Source: Thermaceae bacterium
Lineage (GTDB): Bacteria > Deinococcota > Deinococci > Deinococcales > Marinithermaceae
Direction: 5' to 3'
Length of the DNA: 53,683 bases
Assembly: GCA_015519965.1 (NCBI GenBank)
Contig: WIAM01000013.1
Location: forward strand, 1-53,683
Shown here piece after piece: positions 7,888-16,796 of this stretch (the first letter of the stretch is position 1; every line of letters starts with the position of its first letter). Position numbers and translations under genes: made by a program. The notes beneath the pieces were generated by a model. It was given only the letters and a program-made list of their open reading frames with translations, was not told where the DNA came from and ran no database searches.

Positions 7888-8502
7888 ATGTCAGTCCAAC
7901 GTTCCCGTCGCTTTCGGATCGATGCAGGCCTTCTCCGGGGTCGCATCGCGTGGTTCGGGCTCCGGCGCTGGTTCAAGTTCATTCACCTCTGCTTCATGGG
8001 CATGCTGGCCTCGCTGGCCCTCGCCGCGCCGCCGGCCTACCCCGAAACGGCCATCGGCGCCACCTATCTGCCACCCGCGAGCGGGGGGCTTTGGCTGTCG
8101 ACCACGCTTCCCGCGAGTCCGCTCGGGCTTGAAACCGGCGCCAGCCTCGAGCTCTTCAGCGAAGGCGGTGGCCTCGGTGGCCGGGCCGAGCTGGGCGCGC
8201 TGGTCTTTCCCGGCCTCACCCTCGGCGAGCACTTCGCATCCGCAGGTGGCTTCGTCCGCCTTCCCTTCGCCGCCTTCCAGCCCTCGGGCTTTGCCACCGG
8301 GCTGGTGGTGGGTCCCCGGGCCTCGCTGGAGTTTGCCAGCGGGATCCCCCTCGTTTTGAGCACAGAGGTCGGCGTGGGGTATTACCGCGGGCTGCACCTT
8401 GCCTGGGGCCTCGGGGCCCGGCTCTATGTCGAGCCGGTGGCCCTCGAGGTGACGAGCGACGAGCGGCTGCCCCTCGCGGTGCGCCTCCTCTTCCTGTGGT
8501 GA
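7888..8502 (+). CDS. Putative small outer-membrane beta-barrel protein
   Basis: 204 aa. Arg-rich N-region plus hydrophobic core ending LALAA/PP. The mature part has alternating Gly/aromatic-rich beta-strand-like segments and a C-terminal LLFLW aromatic terminus. Confidence 0.45.
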   Translation: MSVQRSRRFRIDAGLLRGRIAWFGLRRWFKFIHLCFMGMLASLALAAPPAYPETAIGATYLPPASGGLWLSTTLPASPLGLETGASLELFSEGGGLGGRAELGALVFPGLTLGEHFASAGGFVRLPFAAFQPSGFATGLVVGPRASLEFASGIPLVLSTEVGVGYYRGLHLAWGLGARLYVEPVALEVTSDERLPLAVRLLFLW

Positions 8503-9365
8503 GCGAAGCACGCCGGCACCCCATGCCCCAACTGCGACGGACCCTGGGCAAAGCCCAGGGGGCGCTGCCGGCGCTTTTGGTGCTGGGCGTATTTTTCTTC
8601 TTTCCCTTCCTCGAGGTCATCCGCTTTTCCACCTGGCGCTGGTCGGGGCTCTCCCAGCCCACGCCGGTAGGTCTCGCCAATTACCGCGAGCTCTTCGCCG
8701 ACCCGATCTTCCTTCAAAGCGTCAAGGCCACGCTGATCTTCGCCGCCCTCACCCTGCCCGCGTTCCTCACCTTTTCGCTCCTGGTGGCGCTGGCGCTGGA
8801 GGGCCAGCGCTATGAACGGGTGGTCAAGGGCATCCTCTTCCTCCCCGGGCTGGTCACGGTCGGGGCGGCCAGCACCTCGTGGTACACCCTTTTTGCCCCC
8901 GAATACGGGGCCCTGGCGAGCTTTTTGCCCATCCCCGCCTGGGATCAGGCGCCCTTTTGGGCCATGATCATGGTCGTCGCCTTCACCCTCTGGCGCTATC
9001 TGGGCTACGGCGTTCTGGTGGTCAGCGCCCACCTCAAGTCGATCCCGCGGGCGGTGCTCGAGGCGGCGATGGTCGACGGCGCCTCGGGCCTCGAGGTCAC
9101 CCGCTACGTGGTCCTGCCCCTCCTCAGACCGGCGGTGCTCTTCCTCACCGTGGTGGGGACGGTGCTCGCGCTGCAATCCTACGTGGCGGTGTTCCTGCTC
9201 ACCCGGGGTGGACCGTACGGGGCGACGCGGGTGCTCGGCTACCTCATCTACGAGCTCGGCTTTGAAAACTTCCGCCTCGGTTACGCCGCCGCCGTCACGG
9301 TGGTCATGCTGGTACTCACGGTGGCGGTGGCCTGGGCCCAGGGGCGTCTTTTGGAGGAGCGATGA
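8496..9365 (+). CDS. CUT1 sugar ABC transporter permease (MalF-like)
   Basis: 289 aa, 6 TM, EAA-type loop (SIPRAVLEAAMVDGASGLEVTRYVVLPLLRP). An alternative ATG start lies at 8523. Confidence 0.85.
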   Translation: MVSEARRHPMPQLRRTLGKAQGALPALLVLGVFFFFPFLEVIRFSTWRWSGLSQPTPVGLANYRELFADPIFLQSVKATLIFAALTLPAFLTFSLLVALALEGQRYERVVKGILFLPGLVTVGAASTSWYTLFAPEYGALASFLPIPAWDQAPFWAMIMVVAFTLWRYLGYGVLVVSAHLKSIPRAVLEAAMVDGASGLEVTRYVVLPLLRPAVLFLTVVGTVLALQSYVAVFLLTRGGPYGATRVLGYLIYELGFENFRLGYAAAVTVVMLVLTVAVAWAQGRLLEER

Positions 9366-10132
9366 GACACGCCTTCGTCTGGGGCATCGTGGCTCTCGTG
9401 CTCCTGCCCTTTTTGTGGATGGCCTACGCCGCTTTTTTACCCCCCGAGATCGTGTATTCCGGCGATCTCAGAAGCGGGATCGGCTTCACCTGGGAAAACA
9501 TTCAAAAGCTCGCCCCCGAGGGGTTCTGGGGGCACCTCGGGTTTTCGCTCATAGCGAGCGGAGCCGCCGCCCTCCTGCAGCTCGCCACCGGCCTCCCCGC
9601 CGCCTACGCCCTTTGGAATGGCGCCCCGTTTTGGGGCCTTTTCCTCTTTACCCTGGCCATCCCCGCCGAACTGCTCCTGGTCCCGCTCTACGGGGTGCTC
9701 CTGGGGCTCAGGTTGCTCGACTCGCCCTGGGCCCTGGTGCTGCCCTTCGCCGCGAGCCCCTTCACCATCATGCTGATCTACCAAGGCCTGCGGGGGCTGC
9801 CCTTCACCCTGGTGGAGGCGGCCCGGATCGACGGCGCGGGCGAGGGGCGGATCCTTTTTGGCGTCGTGGCCCCGCTGCTGACGCCGAACCTAATCGCGGC
9901 CGGCGTTTTGGCCTTCGCCGCCCACTGGAACCTGGTGCTCTTCCCCCGGGTGGTGGTCGGGGAGCGGTTCTGGACGGTGCAGGTGTGGATCGCCGACCTC
10001 GCCCGCCGCTACCCGGCCGACTGGGGATTGCTCTCGGCGGCAGCCCTGCTCTCCACGCTGCCGCTGGTTCTCATCTATCTGGTCTTCGAACGTAAAATCG
10101 TGGAGACGTTCGAGGGAAGCATAAAGGGGTGA
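9362..10132 (+). CDS. CUT1 sugar ABC transporter permease (MalG-like)
   Basis: 256 aa. EAA loop LPFTLVEAARIDGAGEGRILFGVVAPLL. ATGA overlap with the preceding permease. Confidence 0.85.
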   Translation: MRHAFVWGIVALVLLPFLWMAYAAFLPPEIVYSGDLRSGIGFTWENIQKLAPEGFWGHLGFSLIASGAAALLQLATGLPAAYALWNGAPFWGLFLFTLAIPAELLLVPLYGVLLGLRLLDSPWALVLPFAASPFTIMLIYQGLRGLPFTLVEAARIDGAGEGRILFGVVAPLLTPNLIAAGVLAFAAHWNLVLFPRVVVGERFWTVQVWIADLARRYPADWGLLSAAALLSTLPLVLIYLVFERKIVETFEGSIKG

Positions 10133-10133
10133 T

Positions 10134-11330
10134 GTGATGCGTGTACTCATTTTTTTCATCGTCCTGCTCGGGCTGGCCTTCGCCCAGGTCGAAATCAGCT
10201 TCTGGCACGCCATGGACGGCCCCGCCGGCCGCCAGATCGAGGCCTTCGCCAAGGCCTTCAACCAAACCCAGAGCGACTACAGGGTGGTGCCCCGCTACGT
10301 GGGCGACTACCGCGAGGCGGAAACCCGCCTCATCGCCGCGCTGCGCACGGGGACCCAGCCGGTGCTCTACCAGGCCGAGATCGCCTTCTTCCCCCGGCTC
10401 GTGGCCGAGCACCTGGCGCTGCCCTTGCCCAGCGACCTCGGTCTTAAGAAGTCCGAGATCGCGGACTTCTACCCGGCGGTCTGGGAATACGGCCTCGTGG
10501 GCGGAACGCGCTACGGTCTGCCTTTGAACACCTCCACCCCGGTGCTCTACTTCAACGCCAGCGCCTTCAAGGCCAAAAAGCTCGCCCCGCCCACAACCTG
10601 GGAGGCCTTCGAGCAGGCCGCGGCCAAGCTCTCGGACCGGCGGCGCAAGGGCTACATCGCGGTGCTCGAGTCGTGGACCTTCGAGGCCATGGTCACGAGC
10701 CGCGGGGGGAGCCTGGTCACCCCGGACGGACGCCCGAACTTCGACAGCAAGGAGGCCGTCGAGGCCCTCGCCATGCTGCACCGGATGGCCAGGCGCGGCG
10801 ACCTCATCGCCCGTCGTCTGGCAGAGAGCCAGTTCGCCCTGCTCGACTTCGTCCGCACCAAGGGCATGATGGTCTTCGCCTCCATCGCCAACTGGCCGGC
10901 GGCCGAGAACTACTCCTTCGCCTTCGGGTTGGGGGTGGCCCCGGTGCCCCGCAGCCCCGGCGGCAAGGTTCCCATGGGCGGGGCCCAGCTGGTGGTGCTC
11001 AAAGGGGCGAGCGAGGCCCAGATCGAGGGTGCGCTCCGTTTTTGGCGCTTCCTGATGCGCCCCGACAACCTGGCCAAGTGGGTCGAGGCCAGCTACTACG
11101 TGCCCCTGCGCAAGAGCGCGCTGCCCTACCTGAAGGATTTCTACGCCGAAAACCCCTACCGGAAAGCCGCCTTCGAGCAGCTGGCCTACGCCGTGCCCCG
11201 GCCCCGGATCCCCGAGTTCGTGACCTGGCGCGTTTACCTCGAGGAAGCCCTGGAACGAAGCGTCAAGGGGGGGCTCGATCCCAGGAAAGCCCTGGAAGCC
11301 GCCCAGAAGAAGGCTCTGGAGGCGCGATGA
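10134..11330 (+). CDS. Extracellular solute-binding protein (family 1, sugar)
   Basis: 398 aa. Signal peptide MRVLIFFIVLLGLAFAQ, then VEISFWHAM... typical of SBP_bac_1. Unusually it lies after the permeases. Confidence 0.85.
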   Translation: MMRVLIFFIVLLGLAFAQVEISFWHAMDGPAGRQIEAFAKAFNQTQSDYRVVPRYVGDYREAETRLIAALRTGTQPVLYQAEIAFFPRLVAEHLALPLPSDLGLKKSEIADFYPAVWEYGLVGGTRYGLPLNTSTPVLYFNASAFKAKKLAPPTTWEAFEQAAAKLSDRRRKGYIAVLESWTFEAMVTSRGGSLVTPDGRPNFDSKEAVEALAMLHRMARRGDLIARRLAESQFALLDFVRTKGMMVFASIANWPAAENYSFAFGLGVAPVPRSPGGKVPMGGAQLVVLKGASEAQIEGALRFWRFLMRPDNLAKWVEASYYVPLRKSALPYLKDFYAENPYRKAAFEQLAYAVPRPRIPEFVTWRVYLEEALERSVKGGLDPRKALEAAQKKALEAR

Positions 11331-12094
11331 AATTCGGTTTCAGCCCCCTGGATGCCCGGATCCTCGACCTGGAAGCCGCCATTTCGCTCGCCGCCGAGCT
11401 GGGGATGAACCTCGAGCTCCCTTACGACTTCTTCGAAGCGGTCCCGGGTCTACCCCCGCCCACCGCCATCCGCGAGATGGGCCGCGCCTACGGCGTGGGC
11501 TTTACCGTGCACCTCCCTTTCGTCGACCTCAACCTGGCCTCGCTCTTTCCCAAAGCCTGGAACGCGGCCCTGGAGCGCACCCGCGATGGGCTCGCCTTCG
11601 CCGAGGCCCTGGGAGCCAAGGTCGCGGTGCTCCATAGCGGCCAGGTTCCCCTTCGTCACCCCATGATCACCTCCGCCGCCTGGCAAAAGCTGGAAGAAGC
11701 CCTCATGGCGTTAAAGCCCCTTCCGGTCCCGGTGGCGGTGGAGAACCTGGCGCTCGATGGCCGGGATCTCCTCGAGGGCCCGGAAGATCTCGCCCACCTC
11801 CTCGAGCGACACCGCGACTACGGCTTTTGTCTCGACTTCAGCCACGCCTTCGTCGAAGGCGGCCTGGCGGCGGTCGAAGCCTACCTCGAGCGCCTGGGAG
11901 ACCGTCTCATCCACCTGCACATCAACGACACGCCCGGCGACCGCGACCGCCACCTCCCGGTCGGGGAAGGCCAGATCCCCTACCGGGCCCTGAGGCCGGC
12001 AAAGCTCCCGCCAACCGCCACCTTCGAGGTCCAGGGCGACGCCGAGGCGCTCAAGGCGTCCCTCGAAGCGATACGCCAAAGTTGGGACATTTGA
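11327..12094 (+). CDS. Xylose-isomerase-like TIM-barrel protein (sugar phosphate isomerase/epimerase)
   Basis: Only the last 255 aa of track ORF 10673..12094 are credible (MKFGFSPLD... from ATG 11327, ATGA overlap with the SBP stop). Motifs VAVLHSG, VAVENL and HLHINDT..DRHLPVGEG fit the AP_endonuc_2 fold. Confidence 0.75.
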   Translation: MKFGFSPLDARILDLEAAISLAAELGMNLELPYDFFEAVPGLPPPTAIREMGRAYGVGFTVHLPFVDLNLASLFPKAWNAALERTRDGLAFAEALGAKVAVLHSGQVPLRHPMITSAAWQKLEEALMALKPLPVPVAVENLALDGRDLLEGPEDLAHLLERHRDYGFCLDFSHAFVEGGLAAVEAYLERLGDRLIHLHINDTPGDRDRHLPVGEGQIPYRALRPAKLPPTATFEVQGDAEALKASLEAIRQSWDI

Positions 12095-12195
12095 CCCACC
12101 CGCTTTGACCTAGCTTGCGGGGGGTGCAGATGTCCACCCCATGGGCTTGCTATGCTTGTTTTTGGTGATGGCCAGTCGCCTTTGAAGGAGGGGCT

Positions 12196-13272
12196 ATGAA
12201 TCCACAGGTTGAACGGATTGAGGTCTACGTAGACGACGCGACCGAACCAGTTCAGGTGCTCACCCAGCCGCCGTTTAAGGTGCGCCTCGACACCCGCACG
12301 CTTCCTGACGGCGAACACGCGCTCCGAATCGTGACCGTCTTCAAAAGCGGGGCCAAGGAGGAGCGGCGGCTGACCTTCTTCGTCGACAACCTCCCCGACG
12401 TCGCCCTCGAGGGCCTCGACGAGGACCAGCGGGTCAACGGCGAGGTGGAGTTCGACGTCAAGGTGGGCGAGTACCAGGCGCCGATCGAGCCCGGGCGGAC
12501 CTCTCCCTGGCTCTACGTCGTGGCCACGGTGGTGGTGCTGTTTTTGGTCTGGCTCTTTTTTGCCGTGAGCCCCACCTCCGAGGAGATCGCCTCCCAAATG
12601 GCCCCAAGTGGCGGGGCCACCGAGGAGAGCGTGGCTCAGGGCTCGGGGGCGCCGGTCGACCAGGCGCTCTTCGACAAAGGTAAGGACATCTACGCCCAAA
12701 GCTGCGCCGCCTGTCACCAGGCAGGCGGTGAGGGCGTCCCCGGTGCTTTCCCCGCGCTCAAAGGAAATAAGTTGCTCGGGGACCTCAAGGGCACGCTCAC
12801 GATCATCACCGAGGGCAAGGGCGGCATGCCCGCTTTCAAGGACTTCTCGGATGAAGACCTCGCCGCGCTCCTCACCTACATCCGCAACGACTTCGGCAAC
12901 AGCTTCGGCGGCGTGAGCGTCGACGACGTGAAGGAAGCGCTCGGCAAGGGCGGCAGCACCGCCGCAGCTGGGGGTGGTGAAGACCTCGCGGCACTGATCA
13001 AGACCGGCGAGGAAGTCTACGCGCAAAACTGCGCCGCATGCCACCAGGCCGGCGGCGAGGGCATCCCCGGCGCTTTCCCTGCGCTCAAGGGCAACCAGAA
13101 CCTGAAGGACAAGAAGCTGGTGATCGACCGGATCTTGAACGGCGTCGGGGCGATGCCGCCTTTTGGCAGCAGTCTGGATGACGCCCAGGTGGCGGCGGTC
13201 GCGACCTACCTGCGGGCCAAGCTCAACGACTTCGGCCCAGTGAGCGAATCCGACGTCAAAGCGGAACGCTAG
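12196..13272 (+). CDS. fbcC: Membrane-anchored di-haem cytochrome c of the bc complex (FbcC-like)
   Basis: Strong SD (GAAGGAGG). One TM (WLYVVATVVVLFLVWLFFAV). Two tandem class-I cyt c domains, each with CAACH (12703-12717 and 13030-13044) and a distal MP motif. First gene of a c-X-Rieske-b operon. Confidence 0.8.
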   Translation: MNPQVERIEVYVDDATEPVQVLTQPPFKVRLDTRTLPDGEHALRIVTVFKSGAKEERRLTFFVDNLPDVALEGLDEDQRVNGEVEFDVKVGEYQAPIEPGRTSPWLYVVATVVVLFLVWLFFAVSPTSEEIASQMAPSGGATEESVAQGSGAPVDQALFDKGKDIYAQSCAACHQAGGEGVPGAFPALKGNKLLGDLKGTLTIITEGKGGMPAFKDFSDEDLAALLTYIRNDFGNSFGGVSVDDVKEALGKGGSTAAAGGGEDLAALIKTGEEVYAQNCAACHQAGGEGIPGAFPALKGNQNLKDKKLVIDRILNGVGAMPPFGSSLDDAQVAAVATYLRAKLNDFGPVSESDVKAER

Positions 13273-13288
13273 GGGGTGAACGAGCGGC

Positions 13289-13771
13289 ATGTACAGAAAC
13301 GACACGGTTTTGCCCTTCTTCGCTATTCTTTTCTCAATCGCCCTCTTCTACGCCTTTCGTCTGGACGCGATTCACCTCGAGCAGCTCGCGGGCGAAGCGA
13401 AGGAAGAGCTCACCCCGGGCCAGATCGGCTTGCTCGCCTTTAGCGCGGTCTTCCTGGTCTACGGGCTGATCGGCTACTTCTCCACCTGGCTCGAGGGCGT
13501 CGAGCTCCGCCCCGGCCGCCATGTCCCCGAGCCCGGGGCCGCGGTGGCGGTGGTGAGCGTCCTGCTGGCGGTGGTGCTGGCGGGGCTTTCCGGGTTCTTC
13601 GTCCGGCTGCTCCTGCACCAGATGACCGTGGGACCGGTGAGCAGCGCGGCACAGGGTGTCGTCTTTGGCAGCATCATGCTCGTGGCCGCGCTCCTACTCG
13701 CGATCTATAAGAAGTACTACCTCGGCGATGAAGTCCTGATCGAGGATGAACACTCGGAGGTGCCCTGGTAA
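13289..13771 (+). CDS. fbcX: Small polytopic membrane protein (FbcX-like position)
   Basis: 160 aa with about 4 TM. Located between the cyt c and Rieske genes, exactly as fbcX in the Thermus fbcCXFB operon. Its stop overlaps the Rieske start. Confidence 0.55.
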   Translation: MYRNDTVLPFFAILFSIALFYAFRLDAIHLEQLAGEAKEELTPGQIGLLAFSAVFLVYGLIGYFSTWLEGVELRPGRHVPEPGAAVAVVSVLLAVVLAGLSGFFVRLLLHQMTVGPVSSAAQGVVFGSIMLVAALLLAIYKKYYLGDEVLIEDEHSEVPW

Positions 13772-14391
13772 TGTCGAAGAAGAACGTAACTTCCAGGCGG
13801 GCGGTCATTCAGGCGAGCCTCGGGGCCGGGCTGGGGCTGGCCGGTCTTTCCTCACTCTTCATCGCCGGCGGCCTCCGCCCCAAGAAAGAGATCACACCCG
13901 AATCCGAGCCGATTAAGGAAGGCGACACCTTCGTGATCGCCCAGGGCCCCGATAAAGGCAAGCCGGTCACCCTGGACACGCTCCCACTGGGCGGGCCCTT
14001 CGTGCTCGCCTGGCCCATGGACCCAAAGACCAAGGTGGTCAAGAGCGGCGAGCGCAACAACCTCTCGATGATCATCCGCTTCAATCCCGACGAGTACGAC
14101 GCCGAGACCAAGAAGAACTCGGACCAGGGCGTCATCGTCTACTCCGCCATCTGCACGCACCTGGGCTGCACCGTCAGCGACTGGCTCGCCGATCAGAAGA
14201 TTTTCCTCTGCCCCTGCCACAAGGGTCTTTACGACCCGCGCCAAGGGGCCAAGGTTGTCGGTGGGCCGCCACCCCGGCCGCTCCCCATGCTCGTGACCAA
14301 GGTCTCGGGGGGCAAAGTCGTCGCCGGCAGCGGCTTCCTCTCCCCCGTAGGCCCAGTCGGCGCGCTCGCCAGGAACAAGGCCCAGGTCTAG
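13771..14391 (+). CDS. fbcF: Rieske 2Fe-2S subunit of menaquinol:cytochrome c reductase
   Basis: Tat-like N-terminus SRRAVIQASLGAGLGLAG. Cluster boxes CTHLGC and CPCHKGLYD. Confidence 0.9.
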   Translation: MSKKNVTSRRAVIQASLGAGLGLAGLSSLFIAGGLRPKKEITPESEPIKEGDTFVIAQGPDKGKPVTLDTLPLGGPFVLAWPMDPKTKVVKSGERNNLSMIIRFNPDEYDAETKKNSDQGVIVYSAICTHLGCTVSDWLADQKIFLCPCHKGLYDPRQGAKVVGGPPPRPLPMLVTKVSGGKVVAGSGFLSPVGPVGALARNKAQV

Positions 14392-14400
14392 GAGGTCACC

Positions 14401-15651
14401 ATGAGCGTCTACAAATGGCTTGACGAGCGCTTGGACCTCAGCAGGCTCAACAAGAAGTTCATGCGCAAGGCGTTCCCGGTGCACCACTCCTTCTTCCTCG
14501 GCGAGATCACCCTCTTCGCTTTCATCGCCCTGGTGCTCACCGGCCTCTTCCTCACCTTCAACTACGAGCCCTCGACCCGGATCATCAAGTATCAGGGCAC
14601 CGAGCTTCCCGCGGCCTACGCCTCGGTTCTCTACATCGACTCGCTGCCCTTTGGCAAGGTGATCCGCAGCGTGCACCACTGGTCGGCGCACATCATGATC
14701 GCGGCTGCCTTCCTCCACCTGCTGCGCATCCTGGTCACCGGGGCCTACAAAAAGCCGAGGGAGATCAACTGGTACATCGGCCTGGGGCTTTTGGGCCTGG
14801 CAGTGGTTACCGCCTTCACCGGCTACTCGCTGCCCTACGACGCCTACGCCGTGACCGCTACCCAGATCGGCTACGGCATCGGGGCCTCGATCCCCTACGT
14901 CGGCCAGTGGGTCTCGCAGGTGATGTTCGGGGGCGAGTTCCCGACCCTCCGCTCGCTGCCCCGGCTCTACTCGATCCACGTAGTGTGGCTGCCGCTGACC
15001 CTGCTGGCGCTCATCGGGCTCCACATGCTGATCATGATCAAGCAAAAACACACCCAGCCGAGGTATGCCGAGAAGATCGCCCCCGGCAAGATCCTCGGCG
15101 TGCCGATGATGCCGATGCAGGCCTCGGTGATGGGGCTTTTGTTCCTCCTCTACCTGGGTGTGCTCTTCATTCTCGGCGGGGTGTTCATCGCCCACCCGAT
15201 CGAGGCCTACGGCCCGCCCGGCGCCTCCACCCCTGCGGTGAAGCCCGACTGGTACTTCCTGTGGATCTACGGCATCCTGCAGATGATCCCCAACTCCTGG
15301 GTGATCCCGCTGCCCTGGGGTCAGGAAATTAACCCCGAGTTCATCGGCGGGGTGCTGATCCCGGGCATCCTGGGCCTCGCCGCGGTGCTCCTGCCCCTCC
15401 TCGACGCCCGGAAAACCAAGATGCGCTACCTCGAACTGCCGAGCCACCACCCTTTGCGCACCAGCGTGACCGTGGGTATTCTCTTCTTCTTCTTCGTGGG
15501 CACGCTGGCCGGGTGGAAGCAGGAACTGGGTCTTTCCAACGCGGTGCTTTGGACCATGCTCATCCTGATTCCCCTGGCCTCCGCTGCGGTGACCTACATG
15601 CTCATGCGCTCGATCTACGGCAAGGGCGACCAGACGGAGACCGCAGGCTAG
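14401..15651 (+). CDS. fbcB: Cytochrome b (fused b6 + subunit IV type)
   Basis: 416 aa polytopic. Haem-ligand regions SVHHWSAHIM and LYSIHVVWLP, plus a PEWY-like KPDWYFLWIYG motif. Confidence 0.9.
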   Translation: MSVYKWLDERLDLSRLNKKFMRKAFPVHHSFFLGEITLFAFIALVLTGLFLTFNYEPSTRIIKYQGTELPAAYASVLYIDSLPFGKVIRSVHHWSAHIMIAAAFLHLLRILVTGAYKKPREINWYIGLGLLGLAVVTAFTGYSLPYDAYAVTATQIGYGIGASIPYVGQWVSQVMFGGEFPTLRSLPRLYSIHVVWLPLTLLALIGLHMLIMIKQKHTQPRYAEKIAPGKILGVPMMPMQASVMGLLFLLYLGVLFILGGVFIAHPIEAYGPPGASTPAVKPDWYFLWIYGILQMIPNSWVIPLPWGQEINPEFIGGVLIPGILGLAAVLLPLLDARKTKMRYLELPSHHPLRTSVTVGILFFFFVGTLAGWKQELGLSNAVLWTMLILIPLASAAVTYMLMRSIYGKGDQTETAG

Positions 15652-15669
15652 GGTGAGAAAGCGCCCTCG

Positions 15670-15703
15670 AGGCCGCCCGGGATTCCGGGCGGCCTTCTTC
15701 GTT
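15670..15703 (+). terminator. Rho-independent terminator of the fbc operon
   Basis: Perfect 11-bp stem AGGCCGCCCGG / CCGGGCGGCCT, GATT loop, followed by TCTTCGTT. Confidence 0.7.
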
Positions 15704-15705
15704 CC

Positions 15706-15734
15706 TTGACGGGGGGGCCGGCGGCGGTTATGGT
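15706..15734 (+). promoter_or_regulatory. Sigma-A-type promoter candidate of the lacI-sugar operon
   Basis: TTGACG (15706-15711), 17-nt spacer, TATGGT (15729-15734). Confidence 0.4.
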
Positions 15735-15778
15735 GAACGCATAGAGGCGGTTTTTTAAAATTGGTTTTGTCGCTGTTG

Positions 15779-15794
15779 GTGTAAGCGCTTACAC
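15779..15794. promoter_or_regulatory. LacI-family operator (perfect 16-bp palindrome)
   Basis: GTGTAAGCGCTTACAC, perfectly self-complementary with the central CG typical of LacI/GalR operators. Lies 10 nt upstream of the lacI ATG and downstream of the candidate promoter. Confidence 0.6.
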
Positions 15795-15803
15795 GGAGTG
15801 GAC

Positions 15804-16796
15804 ATGGGCCGGATCACGATCTACGAGGTGGCAAAAAAGGCTGGGGTCTCGGTGGCCACGGTCTCCCGCGCCTTGAACGGCGGCCGGGTGGCCCCCGAGA
15901 CCAAGGCCAAGGTCCTCGAGGCCATCCGGGCCCTCGGCTACCGCCCCGACCGCATGGCCCAGACCCTGGCCAGCGGCAAGAGCCGCACCGTCGGGGTGGT
16001 CATCCCCGACAGCACCGGCCCCCTCTACGGCCTGATGCTCCGCGGTCTCTCCGACGCTCTCCTCGAGCACGGCTACGGCTACATCGGCACCGAAAGCCGG
16101 CGCGACCCCAGCCGTGAAGCGGCGCTGCTCGACGAGATGCTGGCCCGCAAGGTGGAGGCCCTGGTGCTGGTGGGCTCCGGGATCCCCGCCCAGGCCCTCC
16201 GCCAGCGCTTTCCGAAGCTTCCACCGGCGGTGCTCATCGAACGCGAGGGGCAGGAAACCGCGCTCCCCACGTTTCAGATCGACAACGAAGCCGCCGCCTA
16301 CCGGGCCACCCGGCTGCTCCTCGAGGCCGGTCACACCCGGATCGCCCACATTCAGGGCCTTCGCCGCGCCGGGCGCGAGCGCGAGCGGGGCTACCGGCGG
16401 GCGCTTGCCGACGCTGGCGTGCCCCTCGGCCCCATGGCACGGGGGGATTTCACCGAAGAAGGGGGCTACCGCGCGATGCGCGCCCTGATTCAAAGCGAAA
16501 CCTTTACCGCCGTCTTCGTGGCCAACGACCGCATGGCCCTCGGCGTCTACAAGGCGGCTTTTGAAGCCGGCCTGACCATTCCCGACGACGTGAGCGTGGT
16601 GGGGTTCGACGACCTCGCCTTTGCCGCGTACCTGAACCCACCGCTCACCACCCTGCGCCAGCCCGCCTACCAACTGGGCCTCGAGGCCGGTCAGGCGGTG
16701 CTCGCCCTACTCGCCGGCAGAACGCCGGAAAGCAAGGTGCTCCCGTGCGAGCTCGTCGCTCGCGCGTCGGTGAAGCACAAAGGAGGTGTGGCATGA
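15804..16796 (+). CDS. LacI-family transcriptional regulator
   Basis: HTH ITIYEVAKKAGVSVATVSRALNG plus a periplasmic-binding-fold effector domain. ATG 15804 is preceded by GGAG (the track used GTG 15798). Confidence 0.9.
   Translation: MGRITIYEVAKKAGVSVATVSRALNGGRVAPETKAKVLEAIRALGYRPDRMAQTLASGKSRTVGVVIPDSTGPLYGLMLRGLSDALLEHGYGYIGTESRRDPSREAALLDEMLARKVEALVLVGSGIPAQALRQRFPKLPPAVLIEREGQETALPTFQIDNEAAAYRATRLLLEAGHTRIAHIQGLRRAGRERERGYRRALADAGVPLGPMARGDFTEEGGYRAMRALIQSETFTAVFVANDRMALGVYKAAFEAGLTIPDDVSVVGFDDLAFAAYLNPPLTTLRQPAYQLGLEAGQAVLALLAGRTPESKVLPCELVARASVKHKGGVA

Noticed and set aside
10673-11326. N-terminal 218 aa of track ORF 10673..12094
   Set aside because: Alternative frame inside the solute-binding protein gene (Arg/Pro/Gly-rich). 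The credible TIM-barrel gene starts at ATG 11327, which overlaps the SBP stop.
11980-13305. 441-aa minus-strand ORF antisense to fbcC
   Set aside because: Shadow ORF. The plus strand has two CXXCH cytochrome c domains and a strong SD.
13852-15450. 532-aa minus-strand ORF antisense to the Rieske and cytochrome b genes
   Set aside because: No recognisable motifs and a composition dominated by G/E/D/R/H/P. The plus-strand genes carry unambiguous Rieske and cyt b signatures.
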